A DNA stretch of 64,000 bases from Raillietiella orientalis. Lineage: Eukaryota. The notes below the pieces were generated by a model. That model was not told the DNA's origin. It did not search any database and saw only the letters and a program-made list of their open reading frames with translations. The stretch's first letter is position 1. Every line of letters begins with the position of its first letter. Where the stretch lies: assembly GCA_036172245.1 (NCBI GenBank), contig JAYWIR010000003.1, positions 5,332,001-5,396,000 on the forward strand, in the 5' to 3' direction. A program made the translations under genes and the position numbers. This document shows positions 1 to 12,260 of this stretch, in pieces.

Positions 1-199
1 TGACCCAACGCTTACAAAACGCTGGTGTCATTACGGTTACAGTGTTTGCGACAGTGGCACAAATGCAAGAGCGCGTTTTCCAACCGAATTTTCCGGGGCA
101 TTTATTATAAAAATAAATAAATAATGATATAAAGAATCCCACAGTGAAGAATCTAAATAAATTTAGATTTTTTTTATGGTGGAACTAAAAAAAAGATGG

Positions 200-3190
200 A
201 AAAACCTGGAATCTGCCGGGTTGCCAGTACGGGCGAGGTCCGCTTCAGCAGAGAAGGGGGAGGAGTAGAAACCAAAACAAACAAACAAAAAGAATAGACG
301 AACAAACGAAAAAAGGACGGGAAAGTTTCTTCAGAGGGAAGGAAGGGAAGTTAGGGAAGGGATTCCTGTTCGCTGCCCGGCGTCGTCAACGTCCTGACCA
401 GGATGCCGGCAGCTTCAGTGCGTTTGTCGCCCAGATGGAACCACCCTGCGGTAATCCTCATGAGGACTTTCGCTCGGAGGATGGAGTCCCTTCCATTTTG
501 TCCTCTCCTTGTGACGTTCCAGGCTGCTGTCATTCCACGAAAGTAGCAAAGAGCTGTCAGGCACGTGGCTGGTGGTGGCGCATCACGCGCAAAGAGGCGT
601 TTTGCAATGTTTCTGAGGCTGCTCGACGGGAACCGGAGGGCCGTCCACAGACGTTCCCATAGGGGCCAGAGGGCTACACAGTCGAGAAGCAAATGCGGGG
701 ATGTCTCCCTTTCCCCACACCTAGATGGTCCACAGTCCGGTGGTGAGGGCGCGCTTTCGTGGAGCACCCCAATACAAGATGTGCAACGCCACCCCTGCCA
801 CTTCAAGGGGAGGGTGGAGCTGTACGTGAAAGTAGCGGGCGACATCGGAGCTTCTCGAGAGACTTTGAAAAGCTGGGCGCATCGCAGACACTGGGTGGGA
901 CACTGAAAGTTGCAGCGCCCGTTAGCTCCCGCGCAATGCGTCCCGCTGCAATGCAGCAGGACGCCTCCCAACTCGCCAGTGTTGACATTTTCTTCCCTGA
1001 GGGAGGGCAGCATTCCGACAAGGGAGGTGAACGACGTCCAAAGGATCTTCCGCGGACCTCTTACCACCTGCTGAAGCGACGGACGACTGTACCTGCCACA
1101 TTGCAAACAGGCGTACTCCGCCTCGCCAAAGTGCGTACGACGTGCAGTGGGGAAGTTGTACGCTAGGGTGCCCCTCGACCAGGACTGTGCTACGAAGCTG
1201 CTCGAGGCGAACAATCACCGTCTGGAGGAGGAGGCTCCTGGCTGGAATGATAAGCCATCAGCGAGATCGTTGTCTATATCGAAGGGCTGAAAAGAAAAGC
1301 TGCCCCAGGTGCGGATGGACTGTCTTCGGGTATGCACAAAATCAGTGGCAGAAGGAGCATCCGCGGCCCATCCATGGACGCAGCTAATCCGGGATACAGT
1401 CCAGGTTTTTGCATCTTTTAGGACAGCCAGGGTCCGTCTCTTTCCTAGCAAGGAAAACATGCGCTGCCTGAGCGGCTGGCGTCCCACCACGATCGCAAGA
1501 CCAACGTCAAGTTGCTCTTCAAGGTGTCAAGCGTGCTAACAGAACAGTTAGCGGAATCCATAATCAGCCCGGAGCAGATCTACGCAGCCTCAGGTCAAAC
1601 CATGGATGCCAACCTGCTCTAATATTCCTCCTGATTCAGGCTAAGGAGAAAGAAAAAGGCATAGCCACTTCGAAAAAGAGCGCAGACTGCACAGAGAGCG
1701 TCCCAGATCCTTCATCGGCTATACTGGCGAATTCGATTTCCTGTGGATGGGGAGTCAAGATTTCATCTTTTCCCACAAAAAGATGGAGAAGATTCTTCTC
1801 TTCATGCTGAAATGGTGCTGGAGGATTCCTCACTTTCCTCCTGAAGTCCTCAACGATGCAACAACCAACTTTGGAAGGAAAAACCCAGCAGAAAGGAGAT
1901 GCCTTGAGCAATAGGCAGCTCATTTCCTGTAGACTCTTGCGATTGAGGTAGGAGGAGTCGGAGCAGCCACGGGAAGTGTTCCCATAGGAGGGATTTCGAC
2001 TTTTCGCACAGTTAATTTTGAGGCAGAAGAGAGACGGAGGAAGAGTCGGCTCTCGTCTGGCTTCTTCTAAGGTCACGAGAACTCCGCAAGGTTTGGAAGG
2101 TGCGCCTGGTAAGTAGACTGCTGGAGAGCGCAGTAGTGAAATTTCGAGCTCTCTGCTTCCAGCATTCGTGATCTCTTTTACAAGCTGGCGATGAGGACGG
2201 GAGGCAAGAAAGCGCTCATGGCCGTGTAGGTCGATCCTTCCCACCCCCCTTTTCTTCTAAGAATGCAGTCCTTGAACTTCCGAGGAGGTGAATTGGAGTG
2301 ATGGATGGTGAGCACCTGGAGGCCGCTGGTAAATTGGGTCGAATTCGGTGGTCTTCATGCTGGACGACGGCAGACTCAGACTAGCGCCGTGCGTTCCCGA
2401 GGTCGTCCATAGACACTGCTTGCAAAATCCGAGCAACACGCTAGCGCCGCCTGCACGCTTCGTCTGGCCTAATGGCGAAAAGAGGGAATGGAGCTGTGCA
2501 TGGTTCAGGTGGAAGGAAAGGTTCGTTTCTGGATCCCCAGAGAGACGCCTCTTGGATGGCCTCAGTGCAGCCAGTTTAGCACTCAGGCTAACGTACAACG
2601 TGTGTTGAAAATTCTTTTGAGCTCTTCTGGTTTCTCGTCTTTCCCTCCAGCTTTTTTTTTGTTTTTTTTTTGGAATTGCCTGGGCTAACTTCTGGTCTTT
2701 TTGTTTTTTGGTTTGCTACGTATTGAGAACCCCCTCAGGAGAACCGACAAAGCTCTTCAACACTGTCCACTCCCACCCGAGGGTGCCTGTAACTCTTCAA
2801 GCTAGGCGGTAACCCCGTAGGGACTACTCTGTGAATCCAGGAAGGCTCCGGAGAAAGGAATTCCTTCCTCTTACGATTCGTAGGTATCCCAAAAGGAATA
2901 TTCTCCAGGAAGGATCCGCGTTCTTGAATTTCTTCTCAGGAGGGAACCTGCAAAGGCATTGCTCCTTGTTACTCATCTGGAAAGAACCCTCAAAGTAATA
3001 CTCCCCAATTTTCTTTGAAGAGTCACTCTCCGAAGGGAGCAGCGCGCTTTTTACACTCTGGAGAGGCACCAGCTCTATGGTACGCGATGAATGATCGCAC
3101 CCCCTCTTCCTGAAGGTGGAGACAGCTTTATTTTCACAATCGGAGGGGAACCTCGAAGGGAAGCGGCTCCTTAATTCTTGGAAGGACCCC
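200..3190 (-). mobile_element. Decayed Tx1/L1-like LINE (ORF1, APE endonuclease, linker, partial RT, C-terminal Cys/His motif, T-rich 3' UTR) with an internal inversion
   Basis: On minus: ORF1-like 3180-2700, EN-like PETNLSF...SPLGQTKRAGGASVLL 2600-2300, and C-terminal CGERETSPHLLLDC in ORF 351-1214. RT0-2 motifs read on the plus strand at about 1215-1675. Confidence 0.8.
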
Positions 3191-3199
3191 GGAGGGTCA

Positions 3200-4240
3200 A
3201 CTCAATCCCGTCCAATCGAAGGAGGCATCCGTTTTCACCAGTGCCGCCGGCAGCGTGGGGCTTGCGCCCTTCTTTAAGAGCCCCCCACGCAGTCGCATCC
3301 ACGGCGGACTGCACCTGCGGCAGGTGGCCGCCCTGGAGAGGAAAAACGGATGGATCTTGTGCCACCTCGCGAACGGTAGTGCCTGGTTGAAGGAAACCGT
3401 TCGCACGTGGACAATGATCCAGGAGCCAAGCGCGGAACAGGTGCGACGTTTCCTGTACGCGCGCAACAACCGCACGCTCCGGGAGATCCGGGAAGATCCC
3501 GCGAAGAGTGCATGGGCAAACAGAACCTCCCTCGCCGCAGGGATGCCCTCTCTTAGGGAGCATATGGGCAGTAGCCTTACGAATAGATGGGAGGTTACTG
3601 TAGAAATCTCCGGAAGGAGAAAAGGACTAGGCGAGTGGACGACGGGCCAGCTCACCGATGCTACAACACCGAGTGCTCGACCTCGTGGACTTTTGCGCTG
3701 AGGCGTGCTACTGGGTATTCCACAGGAAGACCTGCAGTGGCCGCCCCGGTGCTCATGGACACCGCACCCTCTCCTTAAAGTGGCTGGAGTCGGCATTGAT
3801 GTTGCTGCACTGGGGTCTTCCGTGCAACGCCCGCCGGCATCTGTGGACACAATTGTGTGTGAACCCAAGCTGTGAAAGATGTGGGGAGCGGGAATCCTTC
3901 CCGCACCTCCTGGTAGACTGTGTTGCCCTCCGGCCTCTTTGGGGACGCTTTGCTGCAATCTCCGGTGGCAAACTCTGAGACGTTTGAAAGCGCCTCTTTC
4001 TGCGCGACGCCCTCTCGCCGGCCGCATCCCTAGCAGCACTGTGCTGCCTACGCGGGATAGTGGTCTCATGGAACAACGACAGAGGAGACCAGAACGACAG
4101 GAACGTCATCCATTTTACTGTCCTCTTCATGAGGACAGCGTCAAGATGCCCCCATCTGGGAACTATAAAACAGGAACTTGCCAGCATCCTTACAAGGCTT
4201 CAGCGGGCACCCTCAAACACAGTGATCCCTTACCGGGATA
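3200..4240 (+). mobile_element. 3' portion of a Tx1/L1-like LINE (same family as 351-1214, opposite orientation)
   Basis: LHWGLP...CERCGERESFPHLLVDCVALRPLW zf-RVT-like motif; alignable by eye to the reverse complement of about 560-900. Confidence 0.8.
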
Positions 4241-4429
4241 ATGATAATCACGAGGCTTCTAGAAATACCGTGGGGTCTGAGAAATTGCTCCGGGATCAAT
4301 CCAGGCTTCGGCAAACTGCTGTCACTTCAGGGGGAGACATGTCATACAAGAAAGAGGGTTGCAATGCAACACTGCTAGATTCCAGGATCAGCTACCAAGG
4401 ATAAAAGGGACACTTGTTTCATGGGCAAG

Positions 4430-5650
4430 TTACTTCAAAGGAAGCTTAAGAAGCGATAAGAGCTCTAGCTGTCTCCCGATTCGAAGACTTTGCCCATCCT
4501 CATCAAAGGACCAAGCACTGAGGTCTCTCCTAGGAGACTCACTCCTGCTTCCCTCCCGACTACCTATCTCGTCCCTTTTCGTGCTCTCATAAACTCCTTC
4601 TTCCAGAAAGAGAGATTTAAAAGACTTCTGAAGGAAAAGAAACGAACGTCCGCGTGAAGGGTTTACTAACACGCAGGTCGGACAAACAGAGAGTCCGGAA
4701 CAAAAGGGTGGAGTCAACAAATGAGAGAAAATAGGAAGGGAAGATACACAGGGGTCTCTGAAAGGGACCGTTTCTTATCTACAGTCTTCGCGGGACATGT
4801 GTGAGCCGTCTGGAAACTTCTTGGGGCAAGTGCTGCAGCCCTCGCAAAGGTGGCCTCTCACAAAAGCGATTGACTCCCGTAGTGATTGTGTGTCGCGGCG
4901 ACGCTGCGATCACCACGCCACACAGAAGTCCATCCATGGCAAGTGAAGAAGCGTCGCAGCGAGTCTTTTGTCACGATCTCCAGATGCAGCAGCGCTGAAT
5001 TCAGCCTCCACCACAGTTCCTGGAGAACGCCGCAGTCCTTCCGGGAGCGATTCGGTCTTCCTTGATCTGGAACAGTCCGGGAATGAGAATCCATGGGAGA
5101 CGAAGTGTAGTTGCTCGTTACACTGGAAGCTCTGGTAAACAAAGAGTGCCACTTTTGGCTTCCATTTTAAAGGTGGTACCGGAGCGTTGAAGCACAGGGC
5201 AGGAACCACCAGTTCTTCGAAGGGCACACTCAAGAGCCTTCCCTGCTAAAGCACTCTCTTGGAAAACGTCTAGAGAGAATATCCTTCCATCCAATTTTCG
5301 ATCTCTTGTCTGGAGCACATCCTGATCTGCGGCTTTCTCCGAACCGCGAGAAGAAGATGTTAGTTTTTTGGGAAGGATTGCAACTCCTCACCGATTTCCA
5401 GAGAGCTTCATCTCCGGGCACGACTGTAGCGAGAGAGAAGGCATACCCCATCTGCTGGTAGCCCAACGAGGAAGCTCCCAGCGCCGCTTTGCCTTTTTCC
5501 CACTTCCCGAAGGCGTTTTCTCCCTCTCTTCTCTCCTCCGAATACGACGCAAAGATTTTCGCAAGCAGGAAGGCTGCAGAATAGACAACTTTTCTCCTGA
5601 AGGTCATCCTTAATCAGAGCTGCTTGCATCTGCTTGCAGTGCGGTTCATC
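4430..5650 (-). mobile_element. Tx1/L1-like LINE fragments (EN-RT linker and RT0)
   Basis: Degenerate RT0-like segment (...QELWWRLNSALLHLE) and a basic linker on minus. Confidence 0.5.
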
Positions 5651-5749
5651 CAAAGTGCTCTTTATTCCTGCCTGACAGCCATCAAAGGTCAGATGTCACT
5701 GATTCCTTTCTGGAGATCAATTGATGAGCAGAAGAGGCCTGAACCGAAT

Positions 5750-6700
5750 TCGACATAAAGGCGTGATGCTCACCGGAAGCATTACCTCAGATTTATCAGA
5801 TTCGATAGCCCACCTCTGACAGAAGGTATGAGAAGATGTAAGAGCACATATCACACAAATGTCCCAAAGCGATGTGGGAACTGATTCCACATTAAAAACA
5901 CCAAAGTCAGGATGTAGCAGGATGACTCATCAAAAGATCGAGCAGCCTACTCTAGTTGCAGCGATGTAGGAAGATGGATTTCCAACACGAGTGTGTCCAG
6001 ACAGTCGACTAGCCCCTCATGGATGCGCAGCCACAGGTATTTCTTGCTCATGCAATCAGTTCCGTCGCTTCTCATCACCGCTTCCTCAACATCCCACCGA
6101 CGCCATATTTTCATCTCCTTTCGTCTCTCAACTTCAAGGAAACCTTAGGACGTCTTTTCTTCGCTAGATGCTGGCATTTTCTACAATTTCTCAGGATAAC
6201 AAGAATCCCGTCATGGCAACGGTGGGAACCTTGCCTTCTTCGAGCTCCTTCGGAATGGCAGCAAGAGGATACTCGCTCATGAAACACGCTGGTTTCAACT
6301 TGCCGCTTTATCTTCATACTGACAAAACACGCACTTCTCTCGTTGTGTGCGCTCCTCAAAGAGGGAGCATTCTGTTGCCGATGAATTTCTGTCAACCGAT
6401 GCCCAGCTGCTGAGACCCCGTTTCTCCAGAACTTATAAGTGGTCCAGATGCAAGATATAGGGTCACATTCCTTGACGGAAAGTCTTTTATTATCCGTGCT
6501 GAACCAAGCTGATGAAACTCCAATGTTCCATTTCCTGTTGCTCTCTTGACGGGATCGCACGAACCGAGACCCAGGCTTTTGCGTTTCATATCTGATGCCC
6601 AGAGGAACGCAGTGAATGGAACAAGGCGGATGCAAACACAATCTTTCCAGGGTAGGAAGGACTCACTTATATACGTCCGATTAAGGTAACTATGATCCCA
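5750..6700 (-). mobile_element. Decayed LINE reverse transcriptase (CR1/L2/Jockey-like)
   Basis: Frameshifted RT1-RT5-like motifs in order on minus (QxG, KAFDxVxH-like and GVPQGS-like remnants). Confidence 0.45.
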
Positions 6701-8259
6701 GGAGGTGAACCACTAGCTCGGGTAGTTGAATAAAAGTTGTTTCTCCCTCACACCATTCCTGAAACTTTCTAAAAATGCTCGATAAATTTGAGAAGCACGT
6801 TGATTTTCTCTTGCACCATCGGCGCCTGCAAGAACAAACAAAGGCAAAGGTAGTCCGAGCGCTCCAGTCTCAACTTTGATCCACTACCATCGTTTGCTTC
6901 CTCCTTCTGACCTTCCAGGTGGAAGCCAATAAAGTGCTGAATTTTCTCTCAAAAATCTCATGAGATCATCATTCCAGTTTAGTATACAGGATGCTATTGC
7001 GAATCAAAGGTGAACGAAGGAGCAAGCATCGACGAAAGGTATTGTGAGCATCCCTTGTTCCTTGTCTCCACCTTTACAATATCATTGGATTGACATTATG
7101 TTCTTCTTCTGTAGTTTCAAAACTGATCTGCCACCTGGTTTTCCTCTATTCTGATTGTATTATTGATATTTGAGCTTCTGGCCTGCCAGATCATTGCCTC
7201 CTTGTGAAGAATTCACCCCTGCCCTTATCTACACCTTAGTACGTTGAGACGGATTCACTCCTATCCCTTTTCTCCTTTCTTTGTAGAAGATTCTTAAGAA
7301 AGATTTATATCGAAGTATCCAAATCTGTCCAACCATACACGGAACTCCATTTTCATTTCTGATGAAGTTTCATTTCGAAGGTACATCACTGAAAAGGCGA
7401 CTAAAACGTAGTCAAACTTTGGGTGCTGATCAGTCCCTCTCAATGCAAAAGACATTTCTCCCATCTGCTGAATAGCACTCTGATTTCATTGGATTGGGTT
7501 TAAAGAGTGTTGCCTAGCAGCTCCTCCTGGATCTTCTGTTCATGTTTTCTTGCTAGACTAGGGATTGTTGCTTACTGAAAAAGTGCCCTCATAGTGTTTT
7601 GTAATGCAAATACTTGAAAGAGCACCACGGCATCTTTGAGAAAGAGAAAGATGAAAGGTTGCAGGATCAGCAATTTTTCTGGAGGGTCGGTAGGTACATG
7701 CCGACTACAGGAAGACAATTTCCTCATCATTTTCCTGCTCATTCCTCCCACCGTTCTACTCATCTATTGTAACCATGGTTTTTCTCGTTTTCCGAAATAC
7801 CACGTTGCCAATGTTTTTTTCTGCAAACGCTCCCTATTCCCTTTTGTTACCTAAGTCTCGACCCAGCTGACATTGCACTTAGTTTGAGGAAATCGAGATT
7901 CTACTCGCTATGCCCTTGTCTGCAAAGCATCCGGAGCATCTAGAAGAGACGGAGCATTCTCCCTCTCTTCTAGATGGACTAGACCCACAGCAGTTGATAC
8001 GGAAACTGTCGCGAGATACCTAGGATCCTAAATTCAAGCTGGAGGTTCCATTATCAGGTCTTTTCTTTTCAGTCCAGAAAGCACTGATTCAGCCTTAGGT
8101 TCCTTCCGAACCGGTGATTTTCTAAAGAGTCCAGAAAATGAAAAGATCTGGAAATTAGAAGTGCCTGTAAAGCTGTGAGAAGTGAGGAGCTGGCCAGTGT
8201 GACTTCATCCTAGACAACTCTCTCCAATCTGCCTGATCATCTGCCTTTTTTTTTGCTCA

Positions 8260-9690
8260 CTAATTGGTGACCCCAGAGAGTTGTCGTACTATCCAGGTGC
8301 CCTCTAAAAAGAACGAAGACAGTCAAAGGAACTCCTGCAGTCACGGAAGAAACCTCCAGAAAGATTTTTTTCCTTTCTCTTTGGAATCCCATGCGCTTTT
8401 GCTTGGTGCTCCAAAACTTTCAAAAAAACTGCCACGTGGGATTCCCCCCCTCCTCTCTTTATAGAAGTGAATTTCTTCTCATCTTTTCCACGGGAGCACT
8501 CGTTTAGTATGTGACCACCTGTCTTTCAAGGAGTCCTACCCACGTCGTCGGAAGATCCCTGAGCGGACTGCTTGGCAAGAGGAAGGATAGGAGCATCATG
8601 GTGACCTATTCAAGTTTGAGTTCCCCGGAGGGATCTGGCCGGGCAGGCCTATGACCGACGACCAACTAGAAAGGAGCAGGCCCCGGCTGCATCATCAAGA
8701 CGATCTCTCTTTGCAGGTTTCCGCTTCCTTACCGACTGTGATGTCCCCACTCCAGCATCCCGGGCTGGAGATGGGTCACGGGAGAGAACCAGCTAGTCAG
8801 CTCCCTCTCCCTGGTTTCCGGTGGAAGTTGATTGAGGGACGCTAGAGGAAGAGATGTGTTTGGAAGTCTCCGGGAAGTAGAACACAGGAGATGGAGTTCA
8901 CTGCCGTGGAAACGGGGTGGGGAAGACTCTTGGGGTTGGTCCTGTGAGACTGTTCCCGGGAAAAGCGTTTGTTTGCTGCTCGCGCTCTCCAGAAGGAACA
9001 TCTCAAGGGATTCCAAGTAAAAAGGATTGCAGCAAGCCCATTTACCCTCTTCCACCTTCCCATTTTGGAGAATACTGGCTTAACCTTTCCTTTTATTCTG
9101 ACCAACATACTGAGCATTCCTTTCCCCTTCCCATTCCCTTCCCACTTTCCTCGCTGCTTTCCTTGTTGCTCTCGCATTTCCATCCTTCTTGAGTCTCCTC
9201 ATTCTTCTTCCTCTTATTCCGCCTTTTCTCGCTTTGTCCGTCTTTTCTTCATGCATCCTCCTTATCTCCTTCTGCTTCCTTGCAGGAACCTGGAGTTTCG
9301 TCCTGAAGACTTCTCCGAGAGTCTTCTTTTCCCGTCTGGAGTTACAGAAGCTGCATCGGACTAAGCGGGTCAGCGGAACTCCGTATAGGAATCCTCTTCT
9401 GTGCCCAGGGAAAGGGATTTCCATCTCCTGCAGCCGATTTTGGGGATCTTGTGAAGGCGCGTCCTCGTTTTCTGAACCCCTGGTTTCTCGTGGGGAACCT
9501 TGGAAAAGAAAGACAAATGAATGTAACGATCCTTCTTTGCTCGCTGTCCGTAGGGATAAGGAATCCTTCCACATCCACCCAACATTGCTCCCAGGAGTGT
9601 TCCAAGCAGGACTGGTTCCTCACGATAACAACAGCGCGTCCAAGATACTGCCCGATTCCTCTCTGGAAGCAACGTAGCGTCTGGTATCAA
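8260..9690 (-). mobile_element. 5' half of a Tx1/L1-like LINE (ORF1, basic tail, endonuclease)
   Basis: ORF1-like PFPGHRRGFLYGVPLTRLVRCSFC, a purine-rich basic tail at 9300-9050, then an EN-like segment at 9050-8650. Confidence 0.55.
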
Positions 9691-9699
9691 CCCTTTGAT

Positions 9700-11330
9700 G
9701 GCTGAGCTTCAGAGTACGAAGCTCCAGCATTCCAGCTTCCGTGCTTCCCAAGTGATTCCCAAGAGCGTGGCTTCCTGCAAAGCAAACTGAAAGATTGCAC
9801 CTGCTGAAACTCCAAGGATGCTGAACGAAACGCCCTTATTCCAAGCCTTTTCGGGGAGACAGAAGAAAAGCGCACACATTGCGAAGTCGCGACCCCCCGC
9901 GCATACAATTGACCTCAACATGCTGCACCACGCACCCTCAAAGGGGATGCATCCTCCTGAGCGTGTTCTACCAGTGTTTTCCAGGGCAGGGAAAACGCGA
10001 TAGGTAGCGTTTGTGCGTGTGCCGATAAATACTCCGCGTATGCTGGCGACGCGTGTCCCAGACGTGTTTATAGGACACCAAGTGTTCAGACTCACTGTGA
10101 TGACACACAGAGAATAATGCATCTCAGGATACAGTCGTCAGCATGATAACTTCATGTGTTGCATGCAGTGGACTGTACAGTAAGCAGTGCACGTGTACTA
10201 GTACATGAGGGGGTTCCGAGAAATCCCCATTGCACCCGTGAGCTACACGACTCCTCCAGCTAACAGTTTGGAAAGCCAGCTAAGATGAGATCTTCAAGTC
10301 TTGATTTCGGCGGTGAGAGAGATATGTACCGATCGATGGATCCACTTGCAGTTTCCTACGTTTTTCCCAACGTGCATGTGCTGCGCATCTACTTTGCGCG
10401 GTACTGGTGTTGAAGGAAAACCTGACCACCTGGCTGACGTTTAATCCCTTCATGCTGACCTTGGAAGCCTGTGCAGACGACCTATTTCTACTTTTCACAC
10501 TCATCTGGTGGACGTTGAACTGATCAACCCAGGAGAAGAAAAAGGGGAACGAAAAGTCCTCAATCATTGTCATAGGAGCATCGTAGTAGGGGTGGCTGAG
10601 CTAAATTCTCCTTGAAACTCCCATAAATAAGTAACCTGGTGTACCTATGAGTAACTCCGGAAGTGTGATCGGACTGCCATCAAGAGTAAAGAAGGCTCTG
10701 GACCCATTTCTTAATGACAAGTTTTTCTTGCAGGACGAACCGCAATTTGAAACGCTTTCATTGCTGCTTCCTTCTGCTCCTTGTTTTTAGCTTGCTCGCC
10801 CTAGTATGGGGCAAGTACAATGACCTATGATCTCACTAGGAAAGTTCCATGAAGTTTGCTGGAAGCGACGGTCCGTTAAAAAGCTTGATGACCTCACGCC
10901 GGCCATGGCATGTAGACCATGGAAAAGACGGTGCTCAATCTGCAGTTTCCAAAGTCCATTAAAAAAATACCCTGACAGCCAGGTAGTCTCCTAGAGCCCC
11001 AGGTACTCACGCATGTCGTGGACTGTAAGGGACTGATGCCCTTGCTTTCGCGGAGCGGCTGTAGGACAAAACCCATTGGCTTCGCTCCAAGGCAGACAGT
11101 TTCCCTGCTGGAAGTCCTCTGCAGTGTTCTTCAACAAACCGCAGCAATTGGCGGTAAATGACGATAGACAACTGGGTGCCCGTGATGCGCTCAAGCTCGA
11201 AAGCGATGACTCCCGTAAGAATCTGGAAGGAGCCACAGCTTTTGCGGTATCCTGACCTCTCATCAGTCTCGGCAGGAACTGCCATGGTTGCCACCTTGTT
11301 CGGCACCGAGGCAACTCTTCTTACGACACA
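9700..11330 (-). mobile_element. DIRS/Ngaro-type tyrosine-recombinase retrotransposon relic (RT, YR, RNase H pieces)
   Basis: RT-like GYRKSCGSFQILTGVIAFELERITGTQLSIVIY and ...REYLGL (11300-10990); YR-like LRNGSRAFFTLDGSPITLPEL (about 10720-10650); RNase H-like GGCIPFEGAW...WNKGVS...LLGITWEARKL (10000-9720). Confidence 0.6.
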
Positions 11331-11989
11331 ACCATGCTAGTAGCGGCAGAACGCGAGGCTGGTTTCCTCTTGACCACCTCCGCAATGAGTAGAGAGGGAA
11401 GGAGATCTCTTCTGATTCCAGTAGCAAAGGAAGGCATCGCCGGAATCCTGCAACGGCTGAGAACTGGTCTGACAACCCTTCCCTTCCCCCTCCTCCCTCA
11501 TTATTTATTCATTTTTGTTTATCCATTGTTTCTTCCTCCTTTGTCGCTTTAGATTTCTGCACATCGCTCCAGCTGCAGGGACAAGACTCCCTCCTCTGCA
11601 CACTCCAGTCGGAATTCAGCCCCTGCAGTGCCTGCTTCTCTGTTTTTCGCAACTAAGTGTCCTTATGTAACCGGATGAGGAACGCAAACCCTCGAGAGTC
11701 ACGATCATTGAGACACCGGTTCGATCCTTCCCTGCATTTACTTATTCATTTCTTGATCTTTCCGTTTCACCTTTACTTCTTCCCAAGTTGTCTCTACGTC
11801 TCTTTCATGTCATGCCTTTTCCATGAGTCCTTTCCCACTCTTCCTTGGATCGTTCGCGTTCCGTGTCAGCTAAAGACTGAGCTACTTTACTGAAGAAACT
11901 TTACTTATTCATGAAAGTGACTGCCTCGGCGCACCCGTGATGAAAACCAAAGAAGTCTGAACTTCCCTGTTGACAGAAAAAAAACTCAT

Positions 11990-12260
11990 TTATTTATTCA
12001 CATAGATGAACGTTCCCGCACATCCGAGATGGAAGGGTTTCTTCCATATGGGGGAGCTGAAGGGTCTCATGTGCCAAGGTATCATCGGAGTCCTTCCTTT
12101 GAAGCCTGCTCAGCCTCTTCAGGAGAGCCGAAGGCGGCGCCCACTCTGCAGAGCAAGCCCCCGCATGCAGCGCTTCAATCTGCGCTGAGGATGGTCTTCA
12201 GAGCCAGGTGCCTCTATCCAGCACCGCAAAAACCACCCTGAGCTCGGAGCACCTGCGCTC
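11990..12260 (-). mobile_element. LINE 3' end fragment
   Basis: Cys-containing C-terminal remnant followed on minus by gtgAATAAAtaaa. Confidence 0.4.

Noticed and set aside
351..1214. 287-aa ORF as a cellular gene
   Set aside because: It is the C-terminal remnant of a LINE ORF2, with related copies at 3200-4240 and 41950-42500.
7345..7400. CTGATGA...CGAA hammerhead-like core
   Set aside because: No GAAA core or convincing stems II and III; likely chance.
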